Part shown: positions 41,978 through 55,490 of the stretch, piece by piece
Layout of the letters: the number at the start of each line of letters is the position of its first letter
Numbering within the stretch: the stretch's first letter is position 1
Source of the DNA: Octopus vulgaris
Lineage: Eukaryota
NCBI GenBank assembly: GCA_951406725.2
Contig: OX597814.1
Span: 120,094,001-120,158,000, forward strand
Direction of reading: 5' to 3'
Length of the DNA: 64,000 nt
Translations under genes and position numbers: made by a program
The notes under the pieces: generated by a model
What the model was told of the DNA's origin: nothing
The model's database searches: none
Seen by the model: the letters and a program-made list of their open reading frames with translations, nothing else

Positions 41978-42804
41978 CGATATCAACTAAAGTATTATCC
42001 TAAATATCTGGTCTCATTAGAGACAATTAGCAAAAAATATACTGAGATTCGTTATTTGTACAATCATTGGAATACCTGACAAAACGCCTTACATTGTGTT
42101 CTCAGTTCAAATCTCACCCAAATTAATGTTGCCTATCATTCTAGACTGATGCAATTATGTACAACTCAGATGCTAATATTGATTTAATCGGCTAACACCA
42201 GTTTTGAAATTTTATGTCCACCTTCTAATATTTGAATCAATTTAGTTATGGCACTGACGTTTAGAACTTTTTCATGAAATGTGCATATATGGGTTTGTTA
42301 TAAAATACATTATGTTAGATTTAAACTTTGTTCGTCATATCTATTTTACTGTCCAGTTTTAGTAAGATATGCGTGTAAAAATACTTTTAATGTTGAAGGA
42401 TATTTAAGAGGCACTTAATGGATCCACCTGGAAGCATTTTGCAGAGAGAATACTTTGTAATGCGGACTGCAATTCCTTTATTGTATCAGGGATAATCACA
42501 GCCTAAAGAACAGAACAACAACAAGTGTACAGAGGTAAATATGATAGTACTAAGTGTACTTCTCTAGAATGGCAAAACACACCGCCATACAATTATTCGC
42601 TGCATATCAGGAAGTAGTTTATGATCTTCAACTACGAGGTTGCAGGGTATATTTTAAACAATAGATATGTGTGTTGTTGATAATCACCCGATGGAAACAT
42701 TTAAGATATTCAAGATAGAAACTTATTGTCAGATCTAAGGCAAGGCTATGTTATAAATATCACCTTTAGTAATATCAACACAATTTACTATAATGCTTCA
42801 TCCT

Positions 42805-42830
42805 TATTAATGGAAACGTTTCCATTAATA
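42805..42830. repeat. 26-bp perfect palindrome with adjacent direct repeat of one arm
   Basis: tattaatggaaac|gtttccattaata; tttccattaatag is repeated at 42839-42851. Confidence 0.85.
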
Positions 42831-43337
42831 GTTGGACATTTCCATTAATAGATACATCAAGCAAATAATAAACAATATGCATCAACAGAAACCCAAACGA
42901 ATATTCAATATGTCATACTTTCCAAATATGTTTAATCGCGCTGCACAATGATATTTTCAGATAAAAGGGATTTACAGAAAACATTAAATCTATACAATAT
43001 CAACAGAGAAAACAACGCAGAGAAAACATTAACCCGTTCCTTCAATCTTAAATTATGAATGTAGAATCCAGTAATGCTCCGGATGTCACTGACATTCATA
43101 AAGAAGTATTCCTCAAAACCTTTGTGCCCTGGAAAGATAGATAAAACTTTACCTGTTCACGTACGAATTACGCCAGATAGGTAAAACTCAACAGCAAACG
43201 AATACCGATATTCATGTAAATCTTACCAGCTAAATTTTGCTAAATCAAATTCACTTTCTACCCACTCAATAGGAGATGTGTCTACAGTACACCGTCAGCA
43301 AATAAAAACATTAAAAGATAGAGGAAGAAGGATATAG

Positions 43338-43368
<31 letters not shown>

Positions 43369-43373
43369 AATAG

Positions 43374-43427
<54 letters not shown>

Positions 43428-43597
43428 TCTCCATGCGACTATTATGTTCATAATCAACCTTCAGCTATTTATTGTATAATGCATTCTATAACAAAATGTC
43501 GTTTGTTGCATAAACATAGATGCCTTGAAGATATAATGCTACGTGCAGACTACTGTAATTGTCAAAAGAAGCTTTGTTGAGCTTCACTCTCACCGAA

Positions 43598-43808
43598 GGC
43601 GGCGAGCTGGCAGAAACGTTAGCAAGCTGGATGAAATGCTTAGCAATATTTCGTCTGGCTTTACGTTCTGAGTTCAAATTCCGCCGAGGTCGACTTTGCC
43701 TTTCATCCTTACTGGGTCGATAAATTAAGTACCAGTTACGAACTGGGGTCAATCTAAATCGACCGAAATCCTCCTCTAAAATTCGGGCCTTGTGTCAAGA
43801 GTAGAAAC
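43598..43808 (+). mobile_element. SINE family B (alternative 3' tail)
   Basis: Consensus head and Nin-like domain; tail ...aaattcgggccttgtgtcaagagtagaaac. Confidence 0.87.
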
Positions 43809-44298
43809 TAATATTCCACTTTCATGTAAGACATGGATGCTCTAAGAAAAAAAAAAAGCGTGAAATAACGAGAAAAATAGCCAAACGAGAAATAGGAACG
43901 AGAAAAGGAAAGGTTACAGATAAGGGGAATAAAAGATACGTTCCTTCAGCCTGTTAGAAAAGGAATTAACAATCAACAAATATTGGTGAGTTTAAACCGG
44001 CGGGGAAAAGCTAAAGTAATTAATTTTATACGACAAATCCGGAGAGGGGACTATTCTCTAATTGGATACTAGAAACTATGCAAGATACTTGCATCTTGTT
44101 ATGATTACTAATCTCGAGTTCAGGAGACACAATTCACAAAATAGCAATATTAGTATGTGCAGATATATTTGCAAAGTATCATTCTCATTCATCATGAAAA
44201 TACTTATTAAATTGCAAATTGCACTCTGCAGGATATATCCGGTTATATATGAGAGAGGAAATAATTACTGCATTTCTCACTAGGTGAAAAGTAGAGAT

Positions 44299-44410
44299 GT
44301 TATTATTATTATTATTATTAATAATAATAGTAATAATAGTAATAATAATAATAATAACAACAACAACAACAATAATGATAATAATAATGATAATAATAAT
44401 GATAATAATG

Positions 44411-44474
<64 letters not shown>

Positions 44475-44524
44475 CAACGAAGAAAAAATATATCATCATT
44501 ATTATTGTTATTACTATTATTATC
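44299..44524. repeat. (TTA)n/(TAA)n/(CAA)n triplet array
   Basis: Read directly; the array changes orientation internally. Confidence 0.95.
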
Positions 44525-44559
44525 GATGACAGTTTTATTGTTTTTGCTATCGTTATGAT

Positions 44560-45700
44560 TATTTTGGTTCGATCTCATTCATGGTTGGATTTATGTGGGT
44601 AGCAGTTATCTATATCTTTAAGTATCCACAGGTTTTCGGAACTTTGTACAGTGCTTTGAACCCTAGTGATAATCCTTGCTGTCTCCAAGATACAAATTTT
44701 CTATAAGAGATCTACGATTCAAATTTTCTTCAGCCATTTTTCTATATCTTTCCTTACTGTTCCCAACGCACCAATTATGGCAGGCACGTTCATTACAGTT
44801 TTCATACTCGAAATTCTTCCGATTTCGTATTTTGAAGGATTGTATTTCTTTTATTTATCTATCTATTTTTTTTTTGTGCCGAGGACCTCTTTCTTTATGT
44901 TCCTCGAATGAAACTGTCACGATGTGTCGCTAAGTAAGCAACTTCACTTTTCCTTATCTAAGACACTCCAGCACTATTTCATTCGCTGATTGCACCATCA
45001 GTTTCCATCTTTGAATTCCCATTTTTGATGCAGTTTCCAGTGTAAAACCTTTACAGCCTGATCATACCTTCATTTCTTAAATTCTTCCTGTGACAACGTC
45101 GAGTATTCTACTGCTATATGTGCCACAGTCACGTTTCAAGTTCCACAAAATCTATAAATTTCTGTCATTCTCTCCATATAAAAGTTTTTCGCATGTTGTT
45201 TGTTTTTATCGCTTGCCTTGTGCTGCTACACTTCGGCACTCTGTTTAATTTTTTTCATTGCCTTTTCTAAACCACCCACAATATTTTGTTCCACGTACAT
45301 CCTCAGTGGCTTTCCAATATCTGCCATCTAAATGTTCCTTTCAATCTTCCTGACTTGCTCTCTTTGTATTTCATTATTTTTCTTTTCTCCCATTAGGCTT
45401 TTGATTGCCAGATCTTTATCCGCTGTTTTTAGTAGACTTTATCTTTGCTGTTATGTAAATACTCTACAAGGCTATTTTTTTCCATCTGTACATGTTCTTC
45501 TTCTACTATCAAGCCTCTTTCTTACAGTTCTCTCCTGAAATACAGTCAGTTATTACCAGTTGTCGGATGGTAGTTTCCATACATTATTAACAACTTTCTA
45601 GTTTATCTGTCAAGTTTCTTTATGTCATTTTTCTGCCAGTCTGTAATTACATCTTTATAGATAGTAAAGAGTACTGCTCTTTAATTTAGTGCTCCAATAC
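44560..45700 (-). mobile_element. Decayed R4/Dong-type LINE, 3' fragment (copy 1)
   Basis: IGALN*RAV...DWQKNDIKKLDR*TRKLLIMYGNYHP...LYFRR...RGLI and C-terminal LL*KICILETARII; 3' end faces the TAA array. Confidence 0.78.
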
Positions 45701-45704
45701 GTAG

Positions 45705-48700
45705 GTAAGGATAGCGGGTTTATAACCTGTAACTTTAGGTATCCACAAGTTTTCAGCAGTATTTGAAGTGCTTAGAACTCTCCTGATAAACCTTACTGGC
45801 CCTCAGAGGCACACCTTCTGTAGAAGCTCTATGGCGCATTCTGTTTCAGTCTCCTTTGCTTACTCTTCCCAACGCAAAAATTATTATCGGCACGGTCTTT
45901 ACTCTTCTCTTGCTCCAAATTCTTCCTATTTCAAACCTTAATGGATGGTAATTTTTATGTTTCATATGGTATTTTATCATGCCCAGTACTCCAATTATTA
46001 TTGGTATTGTTTTTACCTTCATGTCCCACATTTTGAATACTTCAATTTCGCAGTGTTTGTACTTCGACAATTTGTTTTTGTTTTTTTTTGTTTTTTTTTT
46101 GACAATATTTTGGCCAGAAGTTTCTGCAATGTATATCAGGAATCCTTGATTATTATGTCTGGACGATTAGCTTTTATTTCTTCGTCTTTTTGAACCGGCA
46201 TATCTCAGCTGATTTTAGTCTGATCGTCTAGTACATTGCTTGGTTCATGCTTAAACTACTTGCTGTAAGTTTTGATGTTGTAATGTTGACATATTGTCAC
46301 GTGGATAAAACTTCTTACTTTAGCATGTCTCTATACATATTTAGGTTTGTCAAGGAATGGGCAGCCTGAGATGATTCGGGCAACTTTCTCATTGTGCTGG
46401 TTGCACATTCTGTATTTGGTGTTGAGGCCTATTTTCATTGTTTTGTATTTATAGTCAGGCATTAGACTTGTGTAGCAAGAATCAGTCCTATTTTTGGCTT
46501 TTACTCCAGAGTATTTGAGCCATTGTTGGATTTTACTTAGGTTCATTTCTCTTTCAAGCCTTGCAGATTACTGGACATGAAGTGATTTTTTCTCTCCATT
46601 TCTTCAGCATCTTTTGCATTTCAGTTTCCATGTTTTTTTGTCTTTCTGACCATTTCTGCTATGTTGTCACCTGAGGTCAGTGTGTCAATGTGCTTTGCTT
46701 CTATTTCTTAATATGACGTATCCTTGTGTGTAGAGAAAAGCGTATTCTTTTTCTCGTGTTGCTTTACTTCATGCAGCAATCTTCCCTGCTTTGTTTCTAA
46801 ATACTTTGCTAATCCAACTGTTATTATTTTATAGTAGTTTTCTATCTCTATCAGGCCACGGCCTCCTTCTGAGCTGGGTAGATATACTCTTCCTTCGTCT
46901 GCTTTATGATGGGAACTTCGGCACGCTGTCAGTACTTTTCTGATTTTTATATGTTGGTTTTCAATTCACTGATCTCTCCGTTTATTATGTTAAACTGTAA
47001 TTTATGACTGGTATTCCGTTTTTCCTATTTTTAGCATTAAGTCCAGTGTTTAATATTAGTCTAACTCTTCTGTAATATCCCCTCCTAATTTTCTGTACGT
47101 TGCATTTTAACTGGTGATTGGTCTATAACTATTAGCTATGTTGCCCATGCTTTTGTCATTCGTAATGAGTACTGTTCTCCGTATTGTTATCCAACCTGGT
47201 ATAACTCCTTCAGGTATTCTTGAAGTTATTCCCTGGCTCTCTCTCTCGTAAGCTACTAAATTTCTTCAGCCAGTACACTTGAACTAAATCCAGTCGCGGG
47301 CCTTTGCAATTCAGTAACCTCTCTCACAGAGAACTCATTTATGCAGTAGTTAATCTTAAGAACTAGCAGTTTCTAACAAGCTACACTTTTACTTACATTT
47401 TGATCGATTGGCTTATCCACAAATATTACTCCAGAACTATCCAGCTTCTTCAGCATTAGGTTTTTCATCTTCAGTACTTTCCTCTACACTATTTATTTAA
47501 CTACAGGATCTCCTCTAGGTTTTTTCGCTCTGTCTGTTCTGCTCATACTCATCTATTTGTTTGTGATATCTGGTATTCTTATCTGATATTACTATGATAC
47601 AGTGCTTCCACTATTTAATGATTATCTCAAATCGGTTTTCTTTGACTAAGTATCTTTTCACAAGAGAATAGTTAAATCTGCTGTTTTCTTAATTGTTACG
47701 TTTCCAGGGCACTCTAGTCTACGCAGATATTGTCTTATAGTCTTTACTTTATTTAGTAATCTACTACCGCACATTTATTCTTTCCTTAACTTTCCTTGAG
47801 GAATACCTAATCTTGACATCAACAAAGAAATGTCCTTCGAGGGCATGTTTAACCCCGCCTGTATTCTTCTTTTCCACCATCGATCCTTCCTTTTTTCACT
47901 CCGATTATCTTTCTCTTTCTGGACATCAACACACACATTTTCTGCTACAAATATACTTGCTGCCTAGAACACATTGTTTGTTTCTGTCATATGTTTTGTT
48001 CTGATGTATTTCAGAATTTCATTCACATTTTTCGTTTGTTGGTTCAATTTCCACCGATCAAAATTTTTAAGGTTGCAAATAATATCGCTACCGTTCTCCT
48101 GTAGCCTTACCTTTATTTTGTATTAGATTGTCTTTCAACCACCTATCATGTCATCATTTGTTTTATTGCTTTCTTCCAAACCATATATATGGCACTCATC
48201 GAGCAAGCTATCATTATTCCTTTCTTGTGGCTTATTAGAGACTTCACCTCTGTTTTCTGTTATGAGATAACGCTTATTAGTAGGGAAGGTATTTTCATCA
48301 TTTCCTCTGTTGCTGTTTTCCAATACCCATCTTTTGACAGCTTCGAGCTCTACATCTGTGAACCAGCGATTTATTCTTATTGCTCTAGCTTGTCACATAA
48401 TCGCCTGTTCCGTGAGTGAAAACAATCCACTTCCTCTCAATTGATCATACATACGTTATCGGTGTCGCCTAATATTAACACCATTTACGTCTACTGTGTT
48501 GCTCAATTTGTACCAATCCATGACCACAGCATTGATTAGTTCTTTCAACCTACGCTGTGTTAGCTGGTCCCTTGCTGGATAACGACTGACTGGAGTCGGA
48601 CCTGTAACTCCTAGCCTGCCGGGTGTACACTGTCACCATCAAGGTCTTCAGTTTTATTTCCATCGATATTCACTATATTGTGTTTGCTCATTGTCATTCA
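45705..48700 (-). mobile_element. Decayed R4/Dong-type LINE (copy 2) lacking the RT core
   Basis: HHKADEGRVYLPSSEGGRGLIEIE (about 46843-46910); degenerate CCHC knuckle RMC...IISGC; RLE motif ANRPDIIIKD (46142-46171); MWDMKVKTIPIIIGVLG; ELLQKVCL. The 5' boundary is approximate. Confidence 0.8.
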
Positions 48701-48807
48701 TATGAGGTAGCGATTATCAGGTTGTGTAATTACCATTGATTTTATTGTGAGAGCATCACTAGATGTATTGCCAATCAGAACATAGGGAAATTTCAACCGC
48801 TTCTTTT

Positions 48808-49093
<286 letters not shown>

Positions 49094-49094
<1 letters not shown>

Positions 49095-49640
49095 GCAGAG
49101 AAAAATGAAAAAGGAAAAAGGAAAGGAGTACAAAGGAGTACAAAGGAGTACACAATCGACTCCATGTAGACAACAGAAATTGCTGGAAAAAATAGATAGG
49201 ATTAGCTGAAGAAAGGAACATTAAAAAAGAGACCGAGAGCATTATACTGGCAGCGCAAGATCAAGCTTTGGCCAAGGACTAGAGGGAATTGATGTTGCAT
49301 GCCTCTTTGACCCATGAATAGTGAAGAAGGAAGGCGAAAAGTAGATTAATACAACCCTCATAAGTACGAAATAGCCCGGATGAGGAAAATGAAGGTGAAG
49401 ATAGTGCCAATTATTGTTGGGTCCTCGTGAACAGAATCAGAGGGCATCAATAAGAATGAAAAGGAAATTGGAATAGAGTGCCCAGTAGAAATGCTGCAAA
49501 ATATATGCCTCCTAGACACGGCCAGAATAATCAGGGAACTATTAGATTTCTGAAGAGAACGGATAACATCGAACCGTAGACTGCAGGTATCAAGACCGCT
49601 AGGCATGGAAAACCCCAGGAGTTCCGAGCAAATCTGTGAA
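49094..49640 (+). mobile_element. Short internally deleted R4/Dong-type element (copy 3)
   Basis: TESIILAAQDQAL joined to DVACLFD...YEIARMRKMKVKIVPIIVG...EMLQNICLLDTARIIRELLDF*; bounded on both sides by (TAA)n. Confidence 0.8.
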
Positions 49641-49689
49641 AAAAAGGAAGAAAGATAATAATAATAATAATAATAAAATTAATAATAAT

Positions 49690-49805
49690 CAGAACACTTT
49701 CCATACAATAACCATCAGAGCATCACAACAAATCACAGCACATACCCAAGGCACACAGAGCTGCGCTCGGTAGTGAAGTGAAAGCACGCTATAAAAATAA
49801 AACTA

Positions 49806-49810
<5 letters not shown>
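49690..49810 (+). mobile_element. 120-bp retroposon 3' tip between (TAA)n arrays
   Basis: agaacactttccatacaataa...gcacacagagctgcgctcggtagtgaagtgaaagcacgctataaaaataaaactactg followed by (AAT)n. Confidence 0.55.
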
Positions 49811-49895
<85 letters not shown>

Positions 49896-49930
49896 AAGAA
49901 GAAGAAGAAGAAGAAAAACAACAACAACAA
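49810..49930. repeat. (TAA)n-(GAA)n-(CAA)n compound microsatellite
   Basis: Read directly. Confidence 0.93.
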
Positions 49931-50374
49931 AAAGAAAAAGTAAAAGAAGTAAAAAGACATAATCAAATGTAATACAGGAAATAAAATATGGAATCTTTCT
50001 CTGGCTTGTTGCCACACTCTGCGTCACACGAAGTCGGTAATTCAGCTGAAGGCATTTTTAAAGAAAATTCCCAGAATAATCTAGCAGTAATCATAATCCT
50101 TCTTCTTTGTTGTGTTAGATTTCAATGGTCGTTTTTCTTCAACCTCAATTATCATTATTTTGAACTGAATATTTTCGAGGAATAATTTTCTGCTCCAGCG
50201 AACTTTACTTCGTTCTCTCCCCTTCAATTTTTTTACTTAGTATTTATTGGTTTTAGGTAGGGAGGATAGTTTTCCAAGCTAAAAGGGACTCGCGTGTGTG
50301 TGCGCCCGCGAGTGTGTTTGTATGTTTGTGTGTGCGTGTACGAGTGTGTATGTATATGTGTGCGTAAGTATGTG

Positions 50375-50435
<61 letters not shown>

Positions 50436-50725
50436 TATACATACATAAACATATATACATATATATATATATATGGATATATATATACAAGAGTGTGCGT
50501 ATTATATTTAGGGTTGTATTTGTATGTAAATACATATATACATATATATTTTTATATACACATATATCTATATGCATTATATATAGATATACGTACATTT
50601 CTACATACACGTTAATATGTGTGTATATGTGTGCTTATGCGTACAAATTTTGTATGTATTTACAGTAAATCTATCAAATTTGGCACGATGCTCTGTAAAA
50701 GTGAAACGTTAAGACTTTCGCTTAC

Positions 50726-50811
50726 TTGTCCACTGATAAGGCAGTCAGCATTACCATACATTCTTGGAATCGATTCAAGTCTTGTTTTGCTGCTTCAGTT
50801 TTGAATTTCAT
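50726..50811 (-). CDS. Candidate first or upstream coding exon (MKFKTEAAKQDLNRFQECMVMLTALSVD-K)
   Basis: ATG in ataATG context; open frame to the donor aa|gtaagc; phase-2 end. Confidence 0.22.
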
Positions 50812-51302
50812 TATACGAAAGAATGATCCATTTATTTCTTATTGTCAGTTATTTAAAGCAGCTATAAATTTATTCATATTGATTATAACGTAGCTGCAAC
50901 AACGGTGCATCAGAGCATTTACAACAGAACACTAATCTCGAAAGAAATTTCCAGTCTTTTATAGACAAAAAGTTCAGAAAATACATTATGTATGTTCTGT
51001 TTGATTTTTCACTCGGCCACCTCAAAACTTCCGCTTAATGTTATTTCTTTTTAAAAGGAGAATCACGTCTTTGTACATGGAAACTTTTATTTGCCTACAG
51101 TAAGATATTCTGTATTTTAGGTGTGTAAGAAATCAGGAACATGACACGTTATGACATATACTTCGTACAAAATTCAGTGATTCGGGCATCTTACTGTAAG
51201 CTTATGTATACAACATATAGTAAGCAAAGCAAAAAGAGGAGCTTATGTGCTCGGTTGTCCTGAATTCCTTACCGACTGAAACCATATATTTAACATATCT
51301 GA

Positions 51303-51542
51303 GGATGTGGCTTAGTGGTTAGTGTGTTGAATTCATGATCGTAAGGTTGTGGTTTCGATTCCTGAACCGGGCGATGCATTGTGTTCTTGAGCAAAACACT
51401 TCATTTCACGTTGCTCCAGTCCACTCAGTTGGCAACAATGAGTAATTCTGCGACGGACCTGCGGCCCGTCCAGGTGGAGAATTTCTACGCCACTGAAACA
51501 GGGAAACCGGCCCTTATGAGCCTCGCATGGCTCGAGAAGGCA
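51303..51542 (+). mobile_element. tRNA-derived SINE (third family)
   Basis: A box tggcttagtgg; B box gtttcgattcc; central gtgttcttgagcaaaacactt...ctccagtccactcag...ctgcgacggac...ccgtccagg. Confidence 0.82.
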
Positions 51543-52785
51543 CATTTATCTATTTTTTATATAATAGAATAGAAATATTGGTCGTGTAAAAAGAGCAAAC
51601 ATTTAGTATATAAATCTGTTGAAACCAATTTATATTTCAACTATTTTCAAAGGGAACAAATTGATTCAATGGGCATCAAATGATAGTGAATGAATGTAAA
51701 AGCATAAATAAATTCATACCTAGGAACATCAATAGCGACCAGCAAGTTACAACCATTGGTTCCATAATGCATATAGTAAGGTTTTATGAGGGAAGGATTG
51801 TCCCTTTCATTTTTATTAGAGTACAGATAAAAGTTATATGGCGAATAGAAATATCTATGCCAGATTGAAACAGGACTTGATATGCTGCAATATCAACAGC
51901 CGAAATTCTTCGAGCCGATGACACCACACTCCAAATGACTCCAAATTTTCAGATCGACAGTCAAAAGCGGTAAGGCAGACGTTAGCGTAAACAGAGCATC
52001 TGTGATAAAACGATGCTTGTTCAATACCTAAAAATGTATACACAAAAATATCGCTACAGCCGAAATGAAATCCTCTGGATTTGTGCCGTTTCTTAAAATG
52101 ATACCGCAAATATGTTTACAAGATGCATCGTGCAGTACAACAGATATATGACTAGTGTAACCTTTGTTTAAAAAATGTACTCCAGTCACAGACTAGCAAC
52201 GCTCTGAGCGGTGTCACTCACGGTTTATGAATGGGACCATTTCACAAAGAGGCTCTACATATATGTCAAGTAGACTAGGCTAGACAGAAGCTATATTGAA
52301 AGTAATTAGAGACGATAACGAAAGCCATTTCAAAGGTAAAATACACAAAGAAGTTATTTTCACCCTCACCATCTGACATCTAAAGGAAACGATTGACGAC
52401 TAAAGCAAACAATACACAAGAAAAAAATATCATTGTAACACTACATAACTTTTCACTTTCCTTATTATATCAAGAAACGTGTATGCAATAAATATTTGTT
52501 TAACTAGTAAAGAATATTAAAGAAACCGTATAGAAGTCAATATTGCTTTTTATGACAAATAGAAAAAAACATCCATCAGATTTACACATAGTTATATCTA
52601 TTCCAGTATAGATGATGGTAGCGTAATAACTTGCATATATGCATATGAAGTAGTTATAACAAAAAGATGTAATATTAATTCTTGTTTTTTTTCATATCGC
52701 CTCACTTTCTAACATGTCTTCAATATGCATTGTTGATGTGTTGCATGACATAACACTAACGGATATATATACATACATACATATA

Positions 52786-53171
52786 TCTCTCTATATATAA
52801 ACGGCAGTTTGTCTGTGCGTGTTTCTGTGTGTCTGTTTTCTCGTACCCTCACCCTGACCACGGCTTTCAACCGATTCTGATGAAACTTGACACACACATA
52901 GCCCAATGTCATAATTCAAAACTAACGCAGCGAAAATTTTGAAAAGTTCCCCCAGTTCTGAAAAAAATCGATAAATTCGACATGGGGTCGAGAATCAAAA
53001 GAAACAAACCACAGACTGTCTAGGGGACGCAACTCAACCTTTTTTTACTCTCAAAAAAAAATTTACCATCATTTTTTTCCCATTTTTTTGCTATTTTTTG
53101 GCTATAACTCTCTAAAAATGCTTTATAGTTATTTCCCTTACAAACCTGAGCAACGCCGGGCGATACTGCTA

Positions 53172-53172
<1 letters not shown>
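52786..53172 (+). mobile_element. Non-autonomous Helitron
   Basis: 5' TC after an A; 3' CTAG followed by T; subterminal GC hairpin cctgagcaacgccggg (53145-60) about 12 nt from the end; no TSD; inserted in TA repeats. Confidence 0.8.
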
Positions 53173-53247
<75 letters not shown>

Positions 53248-53354
53248 TTATATATATATATACATTCTGATTCAATCTTCTATGTATTAGCGTCTACCTC
53301 CTTGGGACAAGATATCATTGGCTTGGAGAGTAGTCTGCGGAATACACATCGTTT

Positions 53355-53393
<39 letters not shown>

Positions 53394-53743
53394 CGAACAC
53401 GCAAAGGAGTACGTCAAAACATTTAACTGAAGAAATGTGTATCGAGCCCATCTCTCTTTCTCTATCACTATATATATATATATATAAATGCGTGTGGGAG
53501 AGAGAGAGAGAGAGGAAGAGAAAGAAAGAGAGGGAGAGAGAGAGAGGAGAGAGAGGGAGACAGAGGGTGACAAACCAGAGTGAGAGATAGAGAAAAAGAG
53601 TGAGAGAGGATGGGTTGTGTACGCGTTAACATGGTATGTGAAGTACATAAAAAGTATTATTCATGAAATATAACGAAAATCTTGACAAGCGCTAATATTT
53701 CTTATAAAGTAGTGACAACATATATATATATATATAATTAAAA

Positions 53744-53973
53744 GGCGGCGAGCTGGCAGAAACGTTAGCACGCTGGGCGAAATGCGTAGCTGTATTTCGT
53801 CTGTCGTCACGTTCCGAGTTCAAATTCCGCCGAGGTCGACTTTGCCTTTCATCCTTTCGGGGTCGATAAATTAAGTACCAGTTACAGACTGGGGTCGATA
53901 TAATCGACTTAATCCGTTTGTCTGACCTTGTTTGTCCCGTCTGTGTTTAGCCCCTTGTGGGTAGTAAAGAAAT
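53744..53973 (+). mobile_element. SINE family B, full length, young
   Basis: Closest to the consensus of the window's copies; flanked by (TA)n. Confidence 0.92.
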
Positions 53974-55119
53974 ATATATATATAAATAAGACATTTCAAA
54001 TAAGTTAACATGTCTGATTGCTGCTACTGATATACATTTAAAACGTTTTTAGTCTGGATAGTATTGTTGTAGTTTATATGAGTATAAAGTTTTATACCTA
54101 AGTTTCTTTCGTGTATTAAGGCAATTTTAATTTAAATCTGGGAAATAATATAATAAGATGGCAACTATTTTCAATAATTCAAACTAAATAAATACCCATT
54201 TCCTAAAGCAAATTCTTACTAGTAAAGGAGAGAAATGAAAACTTAATAATCTACTGGCTTAAAATTAAAAAAAGAAAAAAATACGTCTTTCTTCCATATT
54301 CCATTATTTTTATCTAATCACTGCGTTCATATACATATATTTTGTAAATATCTTAATCCCAATTAAATTTGGGTGTTTTCTGTTGACGTAAATTTCGTAT
54401 CTCATCGGATGGAGACAATTATTGTTTCGTATCTGGTGGCTTTTATTCTTGAGGGAGAGACATGTTATCGTACATGGGATACCAATTACTATAGTTATGT
54501 TGAAATATATTTCATTGAGTCTCAATTTTGTTTCGTTTCTAAAAAGTTTCTCGAAATGCTGTTTACTGAGTTTCATGGAATGCTTGTTTCATCATATATG
54601 CATTGATAATTCTACAGTATTGAGTTACGTAAGATGTGTGTATAACACATTATTGCACATCCTTTGAAAAATGTGTTAAATTTCGTTTCGAGGATTAACG
54701 CTATTAAAATATGTACACAACTTCCATCGGTGTACTGGCAATTGTGAGACTAACATAAGAAATAAATAATGATCGTTGCGGAAGTAGAGGAAATTTCTGA
54801 ATCTACTCTGGGTAAGTGAATGTTGTTTTATGGTTGCTCGTTCCAAAAGCAAAGATTGCCATTGTAGAAGTGTTGGAAAGGATATATAGTGAGTGGGAGC
54901 TCCATATCTGAACAAAAAGTGTCGCTCAGTATATGTACCTGAATTGCATAATAGATGTAGTTGACTTCCAGCTCAAAGCTTGAGGTGTCAAGTAATGTTT
55001 ATATCTATATGCAGATCTGAAATATGAGCGTTGTTAATGCGCTTGAAACGCTGAATGAGAATATTACTGAGTATCAATATTACTGACCAAGTCGTAACAC
55101 AATTACATATTTCTTATAA

Positions 55120-55490
55120 GGAGGCGAGCTGGCAAAATCTTTAGAACGCCGGGCGAAATGCGTAGCTGTATTTCGTCTGCCGTTACGTTCTGAGTTCAAA
55201 TTCCGCCGAAGTCGACTTTGCCTTTCATCCTTTCGAGGTCGATTAAATAAGTACTAGTTACGCACTGGGGTCGATATAATCGACTTACTCCGGTTGTCTG
55301 TCCTTGTCTGCCTTCTCTATATTTAGCCCCTTGTGGGTAGTAAAAAAGTAGGTATTTCGTCTGCCGTTACGTTCTGAGTCGAAATTCTGCCGAGTTCGAC
55401 TTTGTCTTTCGTCCTTTCGGTGTCGATAAATTAAGTACAAGTACGTGCTACGAGTCGAGCTAATCGACTCACCGTCTCCCCCCAAATTTC
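55120..55490 (+). mobile_element. SINE family B full copy (55120-55349) plus a tandem 5'-truncated copy (55351-55490)
   Basis: gtatttcgtctgccgttacgttctgagt...gtcgataaattaagtac occurs twice head to tail. Confidence 0.88.

Noticed and set aside
52875-52890. CTGATGA in the Helitron as a hammerhead core
   Set aside because: It overlaps directly with gaaac, with no helix II or helix I partner
53425-53450. CTGAAGA-aatgtgtatc-GAG as a hammerhead
   Set aside because: No GAAA and no helix III or helix I
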